Positions 18,185 to 26,804 of a stretch of DNA of 64,000 nucleotides are shown one piece after another (position 1 is the stretch's first letter; each line of letters starts with the position of its first letter). Under the pieces are notes generated by a model. The model ran no database searches, was not told the origin of the DNA, and saw only the letters and a program-made list of their open reading frames with translations. The stretch is taken from NCBI GenBank assembly GCA_030611085.1, contig JAUWQI010000004.1:1731-65730 (forward strand), written 5' to 3'. This stretch comes from Dehalococcoidia bacterium (GTDB lineage: Bacteria > Chloroflexota > Dehalococcoidia > GIF9 > AB-539-J10). The translations under genes and the position numbers were made by a program.

Positions 18185-19435
18185 GTGATTAAAAGAATCT
18201 CGAAATCAGGTATTCTGGTAGGGCTGGCTATCCTTTTAGTTCTAGGCACGGCACTACTCAGTGGATGCGCCAAGGAAGCATCTGCCCCCTCAGGAAAGAT
18301 ATCGGTAGTTAGTGATTATCCTAGTTTAACGCCACTAGTTGACTTTGTCGGCGAAGAAGATTTATCCGTGCTGAACCTGGTGGGATTCAAAGCCGCAGAT
18401 AGAGCTATGAAAGAATTGGGCTTTGAAAGAGGCGACCCTGATATTCTGGCACTGACAGATGCTGGATATATAGCACAGATTGGAGAATATACCTCAGAGG
18501 GAGCCCTTGATGGGGTGATAATGACTGCTGCCACTTCACAAGGCAAGGCAAGCCTGATAAATGTGCACAAGCCCTACAATTCCCCACTATGGTTTGCCTT
18601 CTTCGATAAGAAGAGCAAAAACTGTGTTTACCTTGAAGCCAAGAGCGATGTTCTCAAAACTTACCTGGATAGGGAGAAAACAGGAAGGGATGCCGCCTTA
18701 ACGGCTTTCATGAAGCTCAAGGATGGGGAGATATTCTCCCCGATTGCCAAGGAGAACATTGATGCTGCTAAGCTGCTGAACAATCCCGAACCGTGGCAGG
18801 AGAAGATGGTAGCCAGGGTGTTCGGCGGGAACGAGTTCAGTCTCATCACCCTTTGTAACCTCTGGGCTATGGGATTGCCCAACGACTTCATGAAGGTGGC
18901 CGAGCTTCACGACCATATCTGCCCAGGGCTAACCAGCGGCTACATGATAACCAAATACATAAAAGAGAATTTTCCCTCCGCAAATCCCAGAAATGAGTAC
19001 ACTGTCATAGCCATCCCGCCCTGGTGTAAGGATGACGCTATGATACAGATCTTTGAGACCAATGTCGGTCACAAAGCAATGTATGTAAAGCACCTGACCA
19101 AGGAACAGCAGAAGGCACTTTCCGGGGAAGCCAAGAAAGTAGCCAACATCTTCATCAATAAGGCGACCAACAAGGGAATCGTGGTGGGCTTTGATTGGCC
19201 TAAAGTATATGAAGTTGCCGAAATGCCTGATGAAGCGATAGCCAAGTTCAGAGATTTTACGACCTACTGGTGGTGGTGGGGGAGGCTAAAGGAGGACATT
19301 GCCCTCATGGGCTATCTAGACAAGCCAGAGGACTTTGTCTGCACCATAAAAGAGTTTGACACCACCCCTGAGCAGATTGAGAAGCTGACAACAGCCGGGG
19401 TAAATCCCTTGGTCGAGCTTGGTATTATGCCTTGA
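18185..19435 (+). CDS. lipoprotein with C-terminal FmdE-like domain
   Basis: Lipobox LLSGC after the signal peptide. HDHICPGLTSGY matches the FmdE-family HxHxCPG motif. GTG start with RBS aggagg. Confidence 0.65.
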   Translation: MIKRISKSGILVGLAILLVLGTALLSGCAKEASAPSGKISVVSDYPSLTPLVDFVGEEDLSVLNLVGFKAADRAMKELGFERGDPDILALTDAGYIAQIGEYTSEGALDGVIMTAATSQGKASLINVHKPYNSPLWFAFFDKKSKNCVYLEAKSDVLKTYLDREKTGRDAALTAFMKLKDGEIFSPIAKENIDAAKLLNNPEPWQEKMVARVFGGNEFSLITLCNLWAMGLPNDFMKVAELHDHICPGLTSGYMITKYIKENFPSANPRNEYTVIAIPPWCKDDAMIQIFETNVGHKAMYVKHLTKEQQKALSGEAKKVANIFINKATNKGIVVGFDWPKVYEVAEMPDEAIAKFRDFTTYWWWWGRLKEDIALMGYLDKPEDFVCTIKEFDTTPEQIEKLTTAGVNPLVELGIMP

Positions 19436-19470
19436 TCTTAGCCAAACCTAAAGAGAGGCTATTTAAAAAT

Positions 19471-19521
19471 GTAGTTGCCCAATTTATTGGGCGATAAGAG
19501 TTTGATAAATCAGGCAATTAC
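19471..19521. repeat. Family-A structured repeat (slightly degenerate)
   Basis: gtagttgcccaatttattgggcgataagagtttgataaatcaggcaattac, just 3' of the FmdE-like gene. Confidence 0.8.
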
Positions 19522-19614
19522 AAAAGTTTGCGAGTGTGAAATATCCTTAATTGCCTAAGATTGAACGGAAAATCAAAATTAAACTGCCTTAAAGAAGAAC
19601 GGAGGTGATACGAG

Positions 19615-19767
19615 ATGTGTGTTCCAATAAGTGTAGTTACGGGTGGGGCGGTTAATAGTTGCACTGGAATTTGCCGCGTGTGGCCCCAGGTTACTGGTTT
19701 GCTAGCTCTGGTTGGCGTCCTGGTCTGGAACTTCAGAAAGTCAATATTTAAAAAACCGAGTACCTAA
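19615..19767 (+). CDS. small Cys-rich peptide with C-terminal TM helix (50 aa), paralog 1
   Basis: Own translation: MCVPISVVTGGAVNSCTGICRVWPQVTGLLALVGVLVWNFRKSIFKKPST. RBS ggaggtga lies 7 nt upstream. It is a paralog of 21321-21488. Confidence 0.5.
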   Translation: MCVPISVVTGGAVNSCTGICRVWPQVTGLLALVGVLVWNFRKSIFKKPST

Positions 19768-19892
19768 TCAGTTACTTGTTATTCGCGTAGGAAAGCAGTC
19801 ATTATTGGCGCATTCCTGCAGGCTTTAGGAAATGCAGGAGGGGATTATTGTATCTATGCAGTAGCAATAAATGATATTTAAGGGGGAATAAA

Positions 19893-21198
19893 ATGGCGAA
19901 AAACAAAGTCAGGCTCATTATTACTGTAATATGCCTCATTGGGATAGGCTTGCTTGCATGGTCTATACATTCTACGCTAGCCAAACAAGATTACAATGCT
20001 TTAGGCAATGCTAAGGTATGAAGAAGGGAATTATGACAAGGCGATTGAGTATTATACCAAGGCGATAGAGCAAGACCCTGAGAATGTAGATGCCTATTAC
20101 AATAGAGGTATTGTTTGCTGTGAGTTCTTTCATCACTATGACAAACTTCCCGAACAGACCTATATTGAGGCCGGGCTCGGAGATGAGGAGCAAGCTTTCC
20201 GAAATGCAATGGCAGATTTTAAAAAAGCATTGGAGTTAGACCCAAATTATGCCCTGGCATATTTCGGCAAAGGAAATGCATATTACCTGTATGTAGACTC
20301 TTATGCTGCCAGAGCAACAAAGGTGATTCCAGAGTACGAGAAGGCGATGGCGGGCAAAGATTGGATACTTGATAAAGTTGGGGTGGAAGGAGTTGCATCG
20401 ATATATACCAATCTGGGTAGAACTTACTTCGCCATGTGCGAAATGGACAAAGCATATGAGAATTACAAAAAAGCGTTGGATTTAGCCGCAATAGATACTG
20501 CACTTGAGCATCAGGCGCCGGTTTGCATAGAGATGGGGAAATATGAGGAGGCATACGAATTAGCTACAAAGTATATCGACATGGCTAAAGGTTCGGAGGA
20601 ATTTGATTTGGCACTTATGCCCGGAATGATAGCGGCGTATCACCTCGAAAAGTATGATGAAGCAATTGAATACGGCAATGAAATAATAGAAACTTTCCCA
20701 GATTCAGGTTATGTAGCCGGGGCGTACAGATTTTTAGCCAAAATATACAAAGAAAAGGGAAATGATGCCCAAGCAAGAGACCATGTTGATGCGGCAATAA
20801 TTATGTGTACCGAAATAATTAGTTCAGAGGAAACAGGAGTGGCAGACATCCCCGGAGCCTACTATGAGAGGGGATTAGCATATTTTGACATTGGAAAGTA
20901 TGAGAAAGCGATAAGCGATTTTAAGTATCTGGTAGAGCATCCAGAAATAGCAAACCGTGAAATCGCCCATGAAAACTATTACTTTGAAGGTTATATCGGG
21001 TTAACTTGTGCCTATTCTCAAGTTGGGAAGAATGATGAAGCAAGGCAGGTTTTAGAGAATGGTCTGAAGTTATTGGATGAGCCTGATTTTCAGGGCTATA
21101 AGAAATACAGAAAGGACGGTGTGGAAGCATTGTTAAATGAAATAAATATGGGCAAATCTATACCGATACCAATGATGTACCAAATAATCGGAAAGTAA
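19893..21198 (+). CDS. membrane-anchored TPR-repeat protein (apparent 1-nt frameshift near 20011)
   Basis: ATG 19893 (RBS aaggggg) gives MAKNKVRLIITVICLIGIGLLAW...DYNALGNAKV*. The track ORF 20008-21198 continues the TPR motif (..YEEGNYDKAIEYYTKAIEQDP) in the next frame. Confidence 0.6.
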
Positions 21199-21281
21199 AG
21201 GTAGCAAGGAGAGAGACTGTCGGATATTAAAGTAGAATTAAGCGAAGGTTTGACAAGACTATTGAATAATGATATCATCTG

Positions 21282-21293
21282 CAATCAATTGCA
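21282..21293 (+). promoter_or_regulatory. CAATCAATTGCA motif (variant of putative Fur-family operator)
   Basis: tgcaatcaattgcaat lies 28 nt upstream of the peptide-2 start. It is near-palindromic. Confidence 0.4.
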
Positions 21294-21320
21294 ATAAGCA
21301 AACTAAAGGAGGCAAAAGAG

Positions 21321-21488
21321 ATGTGTGCACCAATTACCGTAACTACCGGAGGAGCAGTCAGTGGCTGCACCGGAGCCTGCCAAGTTATGCCTCAAATACT
21401 TGCTTCACTGGGTATCCTTGGCGTCCTGATTTGGAACTTCAGGGGCTTAATAGGAAAGCGTCTGAATTTTAGAAAAGTAAATAGCTAA
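21321..21488 (+). CDS. small Cys-rich peptide with C-terminal TM helix (55 aa), paralog 2
   Basis: Own translation: MCAPITVTTGGAVSGCTGACQVMPQILASLGILGVLIWNFRGLIGKRLNFRKVNS. RBS aaggagg lies 8 nt upstream. Confidence 0.55.
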   Translation: MCAPITVTTGGAVSGCTGACQVMPQILASLGILGVLIWNFRGLIGKRLNFRKVNS

Positions 21489-21532
21489 CTTCACTATTTG
21501 CTTTTTCTGTATTTGCCGGTTTTGAGTCACAG

Positions 21533-21570
21533 AGCCCTACTTCAGCAGTAGGGCTTTGCGTTTATTTGAA
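21533..21570 (+). terminator. intrinsic terminator/attenuator after peptide 2
   Basis: agccctac-ttcagca-gtagggct hairpin followed by ttgcgtttattt. Confidence 0.55.
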
Positions 21571-21590
21571 GCAAGGATTTTTCTATTTGA

Positions 21591-22454
21591 ATGGCAGTTT
21601 GGATGAAGCGCTTCATATTAGCTCGGAATTTAACCTTGCAGGTTGAGATTACTAATGTCTGTAATTTAAATTGCAAAATATGCATGAGACACGGCTTCGA
21701 AAGGCCGAATGGATTCCTTTCGCTAGATAACTTTAAGAGAATCCTCGATTCAGGCAATTTTCGCTATGTTGGCCTACATGGTTGGGGGGAACCTCTGTTA
21801 AACAAGCAGTTATTCGACATGGTTAGATATGCTGAATCGAAGGGCGTTTCCACCAATCTCACTACCAATGGGACATTGATCCAGGAAAACATAGACAATA
21901 TCTTAAGCAGTGGTTTATGGGAAATCGCCTTTGGTATATATGAGAAGGAACTTTTTAGTAGAGTAACATCTCAGATTGAAAGGTTAATAGAGCAGAAGAG
22001 GAAACGAAATTCTAAGAGGCCAAAAACCTACCTCGACATCACTATATATGAGGGTAATCTGGAGCAAATTCCTGAGTTAGTCAGGCTTGTCCCAGAACTC
22101 GGAATAGATGCAGTGATCCTCCACAGGCTGTTCAATGTCTATAAAGTAGATTCTTCTGTAAAATATATCTCCGAGGAGGAAGAAGAGGAACTATTTGCCA
22201 GGTTAAGGCAATTGGCAAGTCTACTTAAGCTAGAGTTGTATTTGCCGCCGAAACATTCCTATCCTTGCCGAATCGTTAAACGCAGCATCTTTGTTACATT
22301 GGAAGGGAAGGTCACGCCTTGCACCTATCTTCCTGAGTTTTATCTTGGCGATGCCTTAGAGCAAGGAGTAAGCAAGGTTATGCACTCGAAGGCATATTCA
22401 GATTTTGTTAAGAACATGAAGAATCATCCAATATGTAGTAAGTGTCAATGGTGA
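21591..22454 (+). CDS. radical SAM enzyme with short SPASM/twitch-like C-terminus
   Basis: EITNVCNLNCKICM (CX3CX2C), GWGEPLL, and C-terminal Cys residues (TPCTY...HPICSKCQW). Confidence 0.8.
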   Translation: MAVWMKRFILARNLTLQVEITNVCNLNCKICMRHGFERPNGFLSLDNFKRILDSGNFRYVGLHGWGEPLLNKQLFDMVRYAESKGVSTNLTTNGTLIQENIDNILSSGLWEIAFGIYEKELFSRVTSQIERLIEQKRKRNSKRPKTYLDITIYEGNLEQIPELVRLVPELGIDAVILHRLFNVYKVDSSVKYISEEEEEELFARLRQLASLLKLELYLPPKHSYPCRIVKRSIFVTLEGKVTPCTYLPEFYLGDALEQGVSKVMHSKAYSDFVKNMKNHPICSKCQW

Positions 22455-23014
22455 GGAAGGATAAGTCTTATTTTACTCTGCGAGAATGGGCGATAATCGT
22501 TCCTCTGGCTTTAGCCAGCGTCCTAATAAACACTTATTTGCCCATAAAAAGCATCACTGCGCATTTTGACATTCCGGGACCTGCAGCAGGGATGGCTTTA
22601 TTCGGCGGCTTTATCTTTGTGCTATGGATATCGCTAGCTCATCTTACTATTAAGAAGAAATATAGTGGAATTATAACTTCCATCCTTATAGGTGCCATTT
22701 CTCTATTTATCCACCCATGGTATGGCATCATATCCCCTTCCTGGTTCAGCCTTTATGGCATTCTTGGACTTGGCTTTATGGGCATAATTATTGAGCTAAT
22801 GTCCAAATCTTATTGGCGGAGTGTAGTCGGGGGAGGATTAGGGAATTTATGTTGCCTTGTGATAACCTGGTTAGCCATTGGATTTCATACCGGGACATGG
22901 ATGCCAAAGGAATGGGCGCCGTTTCTTATCCTTGGTGCCATTATTTCAGGTGCCATCGGGGTATTGATAGCGCAGGGAATTACCATGGTAATCAAAACAA
23001 ACCAACCTAGATAG
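22442..23014 (+). CDS. polytopic membrane protein (about 5-6 TM), unknown function
   Basis: 190-aa hydrophobic ORF. Its start overlaps the stop of the radical SAM gene by 13 nt, which suggests translational coupling. Confidence 0.6.
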   Translation: MSMVRKDKSYFTLREWAIIVPLALASVLINTYLPIKSITAHFDIPGPAAGMALFGGFIFVLWISLAHLTIKKKYSGIITSILIGAISLFIHPWYGIISPSWFSLYGILGLGFMGIIIELMSKSYWRSVVGGGLGNLCCLVITWLAIGFHTGTWMPKEWAPFLILGAIISGAIGVLIAQGITMVIKTNQPR

Positions 23015-23073
23015 AATTTCAAATGTGAGCTCCAAACTGGCGTCTAAAAGCTTTGACTGAATGAATTTATTTT

Positions 23074-23126
23074 GTCGCCCTGAGCGATAGTGAAGGGTCT
23101 AGATTCTTCGCTTTGCTCAGAATGAC
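23074..23126. repeat. Family-B palindromic element
   Basis: gtcgccctgagcgatagtgaagggtctagattcttcgctttgctcagaatgac. Confidence 0.8.
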
Positions 23127-23188
23127 AGGAGAGGTTGGTAAACGATAGCTTTGATTGAATGGGGCTAAAGATTTGAAAGATGGCTAAA

Positions 23189-24313
23189 TTAGCTGATCAA
23201 AGAAGTAGCGACTATTACTCGCTGTATTTCAGACACTACTTCATATATCTGGGTAACCTTGGCATCACGATATAAACGCTCAATTTCGAGGTCTTTGGTA
23301 TACCCATACGAGCCATGAATTTGCATTGCCATGTTGGTGACATCAACTGCTGCTTGAGAGGCAACAAGCTTTGCCATAGCTACATCCTTGCGGATGCTTT
23401 TCCCTTCATCCTTAAGAGCTGCTGTTCTGTATGTTAGCCATCTAGCAGCCTCAATCCTGGAAGCCATCTCTCCAATGTATGACTGGATGGTAGGAAGCTG
23501 GAGTATTGATTTACCTTGTACAGGGCGTTTCCTGGCGTAGTCCAGAGACATCTCCAAAGCTGCCTGTGCTGTGCCTACTGCCTCAGCACAAATACCTAAC
23601 TGACCAACATTTATTGATGATAGGAGGATGTCATATCCCTCTCCCTTCTTTCCCAACAAGTTTTCTTTGGGCACGGAAACATCATTCAAAGAGAGCTGGC
23701 ATGTCCCTGAACCTCTTAGCCCCATTGTTTCCAATGGTTTACCGATAATGAAACCCTTAGAGGAAGGGTTGACAATAAAGGCGGTTATTCTCCCTGTCTC
23801 GTCTTTAGCATAAATCACTGCTACCCCCGCTCCAGGTGCTAGTGAGGAAAAGGTCTTATCTCCATTGAGGATATAATAATTGCCACCAGGGCAAGCCGTA
23901 GTGACAATCATTTTTGGGTCTACACCAGTTGCCGCCTCTGTAAAAGCAAACATAGCAGTATACTCTCCTTTAGCTAGAGACTTGAGGAACTTCTGTTTTT
24001 GCTCCTCGCTTCCATAGCGATAGATTGCCTCCTCACTAAGAGCATTAATAGCAATGATTGCTGCCACTGCCATAGAAACTTGGGAAACCTGCTCCACTGC
24101 CAGAACATAACACTTATAACCTGCTCCAGCACCCTCATACTCTATTGGCAGTTGCAACCCAAAGAACCCCAAGTTGGCTATCTCTGGAATCAGGTCGATT
24201 GGCCATTCGCCACTACGGTCAATTTCCACAGTGCGGGGTTTAACCAATTTATTGGCAAAATCTCTCGCCCGCGTTTGTATCATTAGTTCTTGTTCGGTAA
24301 GATTGAAATCCAT
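23189..24313 (-). CDS. acyl-CoA dehydrogenase
   Basis: MDFNLTEQELMIQ...FTEAATGVDP...IHGSYGYTKDLEIERLYRDAKVTQIYEV are ACAD hallmarks. ATG at 24313 with RBS gggagg. Confidence 0.85.
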   Translation of the reverse strand: MDFNLTEQELMIQTRARDFANKLVKPRTVEIDRSGEWPIDLIPEIANLGFFGLQLPIEYEGAGAGYKCYVLAVEQVSQVSMAVAAIIAINALSEEAIYRYGSEEQKQKFLKSLAKGEYTAMFAFTEAATGVDPKMIVTTACPGGNYYILNGDKTFSSLAPGAGVAVIYAKDETGRITAFIVNPSSKGFIIGKPLETMGLRGSGTCQLSLNDVSVPKENLLGKKGEGYDILLSSINVGQLGICAEAVGTAQAALEMSLDYARKRPVQGKSILQLPTIQSYIGEMASRIEAARWLTYRTAALKDEGKSIRKDVAMAKLVASQAAVDVTNMAMQIHGSYGYTKDLEIERLYRDAKVTQIYEVVSEIQRVIVATSLIS

Positions 24314-24344
24314 TTCTATTTTGCCTCCCAAGGGAGTTTAAGAT

Positions 24345-24884
24345 ATGCTATACGAAATGGTCTCTCAACCGCAACTCAAAGTTCTCATCGCCTGTGAGGA
24401 AATAGCTAAGGTTGTTGCCAGGCTGGCTGGCGAAATTAAAAAGGATTATCAGGGAAAACAGCCTTTATTCATTGGTGTTCTCAAAGGCTCCTTTGTATTT
24501 ATGGCTGACCTCGTTCGCCAGCTTGATTTGCCCCTGGAGATTGATTTTATCAAGCTTTCCAGTTATGGCGCTGGCAAAGAGACTTCAGGCAAAGTTAGGG
24601 TAGTTCAGGGGCTCAAGACACCCATAGAAGGCAGAGATGTTCTGGTAGTGGAGGATATTGTGGATACTGGCATCACCATTTCATTTTTGCTTAACTACTT
24701 AAAAAGGAAAAAACCTGCTTCTTTAAGACTTTGTGCTCTAACAGACAAGCCGTCCCGGCGTCGAGTTCCTGTATCCATTGATTATCTTGGCTTCAGCGTG
24801 CCTGACAAGTTTATTGTTGGCTACGGTCTTGATTTTGATGAGAAGTTTCGTTACTTGCCCGATATTTGTGAGCTTAGCTCGTAA
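24345..24884 (+). CDS. hpt: hypoxanthine phosphoribosyltransferase
   Basis: VLVVEDIVDTGITISFL PRPP loop and FIVGYGLDFDEKFRYLPDI. Confidence 0.9.
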   Translation: MLYEMVSQPQLKVLIACEEIAKVVARLAGEIKKDYQGKQPLFIGVLKGSFVFMADLVRQLDLPLEIDFIKLSSYGAGKETSGKVRVVQGLKTPIEGRDVLVVEDIVDTGITISFLLNYLKRKKPASLRLCALTDKPSRRRVPVSIDYLGFSVPDKFIVGYGLDFDEKFRYLPDICELSS

Positions 24885-24903
24885 AATAAGGCTGTTTGGG
24901 AAT

Positions 24904-24953
24904 GTAGTTGCCCAATTTATTGGGCGGGTATGCCTGATAAATCAGGCAACTAC
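24904..24953. repeat. Family-A structured repeat
   Basis: gtagttgcccaatttattgggcgggtatgcctgataaatcaggcaactac, just 3' of hpt. Confidence 0.85.
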
Positions 24954-24979
24954 AGAAATTTTCCCGGGAGGGTTAAGAA

Positions 24980-26710
24980 ATGAATTTAGCTGAACTTATT
25001 TCTGTAGCTAGAGGGAAAAAACCAGCGGATTTGCTTCTAAAGAATGCTCGCATAATAAATACCTTTGTTGGAGAAATAGAGCAGGGCAATGTAGCTATTT
25101 ATGGCGATAGGATTGCCGGCGTAGGGGATTACGACAAGGCTAAAGAAATTATCGATTTACAAGCCAGTTACTTAGCCCCAGGGCTGATTAACGGTCATAC
25201 CCACATAGAAAGCTCTATGCTTCATCCTGCCCACTATGCGCAAGCAGTAGTTCCCCACGGCACCTTAGCGGTGGTCACTGATTTACACGAAATCGCCAAT
25301 GTCTGTGGAATTGCGGGCATAAAATTTGTTATGGATTGGGCACAAAAGCTGCCGCTAGATATGCTATTTATGGTTCCTTCATGCGTGCCGGCAACTACTT
25401 TGGAGACATCAGGTGCCCAAATCAGCGCTGAGGAAATTAAAAAACTTTTAGCCTATCCCAATGTAATCGGCATGGGCGAGATGATGAACTTCCCCGGCGT
25501 GGTTAATGGCATCGAGGAGGTTTTGGATAAGATTGTTGCTTCAAAGGATAGGGTCATTGACGGGCATGCTCCCGGACTTGGTGGCAAGGATTTAAATGCC
25601 TATATGGCTACTGGCATCTTTTCTGACCATGAATCCACTACTCTGGAAGAAGGTAAGGAGAAATTGCAGAAAGGGATGTGGCTGATGATTCGAGAGGGCT
25701 CTTCGGAGAAAAACCTGGATGCCCTTCTCCCTCTGGTGACTGATAACACTTATAAAAGGTGCCTTTTTGTTGTAGATGACCGCAGTTGCTTTGATTTACT
25801 CCACGATGGTGATATCGATGCCGTGGTCAGAAAGGCTATCAGCAGGGGATTAGAGCCAGTCCGAGCAATTCAAATGGCGACAATCAATACTGCTGAGTAT
25901 TTCAGGCTCCATGATAGAGGAGGTATCGCTCCGGGTTATAAAGCCGACCTTATAACCATTACCGACCTTTCCCAATTAGAAATAGACATGGTGTTCTATA
26001 AAGGCAAGCTAGTGGCGAGGCAAGGCAAGTCTTTATTTGCCATGCCACAACTGAAAGCTGATAGCTATCAACTGACAGCTAACTCGGTGTGTCTTAAGCC
26101 TCTTACCATGGAATCACTGTCATTGCGAGCACAGCGAAGCAATCTCAGCAAAGAAAATTACCCCGTCATTGAAATCGTCCCGGGGCAAATTGTTACCAAA
26201 AAAAGAGTGGAAAAGGTAAAAGTTGAAAATGGGACAATTGTGCCTGACTTAGAAAAAGACATCTTGAAGCTCGTGGTAGTGGAAAGACACAAAGCCAGTG
26301 GCAATGTTGGTTTAGGTTTAGTTAAGGGATTCGGCTTAAAGAAGGGAGCATTAGCCTCCTCCGTGGCTCACGACTCTCACAATATAGTAGTTGTCGGCAC
26401 AAATGACCTTGATATCCTCAGAGCAATTGAGGAAATAGACAAATTACAAGGTGGGCTTGTTGTTTGCGCTAACGGCGAGGTTCTCGCCTCTTTGCCCTTG
26501 CCCATTGCTGGACTCTTGTCCTCAGAGCCTTTAGAGATGGTTGTGGCTCAGTTGGAGAAGGTAGAAAAGGCTGCAGCTAGCCTGGGCAATTTGCCTCCAG
26601 CACCTTTCTCTATCCTCTCCTTCCTCGCCTTACCCGTGGTTCCCGAATTGAGGTTAACTGATTTGGGGTTGGTGGATGTGGTGCAATTTAAGCTGATTAC
26701 GCCGCCTTAG
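24980..26710 (+). CDS. ade: adenine deaminase
   Basis: 576 aa. PGLINGHTHIESSM metal site, VIDGHAPGL and VAHDSHNIVVVG. Confidence 0.9.
   Translation: MNLAELISVARGKKPADLLLKNARIINTFVGEIEQGNVAIYGDRIAGVGDYDKAKEIIDLQASYLAPGLINGHTHIESSMLHPAHYAQAVVPHGTLAVVTDLHEIANVCGIAGIKFVMDWAQKLPLDMLFMVPSCVPATTLETSGAQISAEEIKKLLAYPNVIGMGEMMNFPGVVNGIEEVLDKIVASKDRVIDGHAPGLGGKDLNAYMATGIFSDHESTTLEEGKEKLQKGMWLMIREGSSEKNLDALLPLVTDNTYKRCLFVVDDRSCFDLLHDGDIDAVVRKAISRGLEPVRAIQMATINTAEYFRLHDRGGIAPGYKADLITITDLSQLEIDMVFYKGKLVARQGKSLFAMPQLKADSYQLTANSVCLKPLTMESLSLRAQRSNLSKENYPVIEIVPGQIVTKKRVEKVKVENGTIVPDLEKDILKLVVVERHKASGNVGLGLVKGFGLKKGALASSVAHDSHNIVVVGTNDLDILRAIEEIDKLQGGLVVCANGEVLASLPLPIAGLLSSEPLEMVVAQLEKVEKAAASLGNLPPAPFSILSFLALPVVPELRLTDLGLVDVVQFKLITPP
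26119..26146. repeat. Family-B unit embedded in frame in ade
   Basis: gtcattgcgagcacagcgaagcaatctc, translated as ..SLSLRAQRSNLS.. inside the ade ORF. Confidence 0.7.
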
Positions 26711-26711
26711 T

Positions 26712-26795
26712 GTCATTTTAAGAGAGCCCTTCGCTCTCCCTGTCATTCTGAGCGTGTGAGCCGAAGCCCTGAACGAAGTGAAGGGAAAGAATCTC
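26712..26795. repeat. Family-B composite element
   Basis: gtcattttaagagagcccttcgctctccctgtcattctgagcgtgtgagccgaagccctgaacgaagtgaagggaaagaatctc. Confidence 0.8.
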
Positions 26796-26804
26796 AAGCC
26801 TCTC

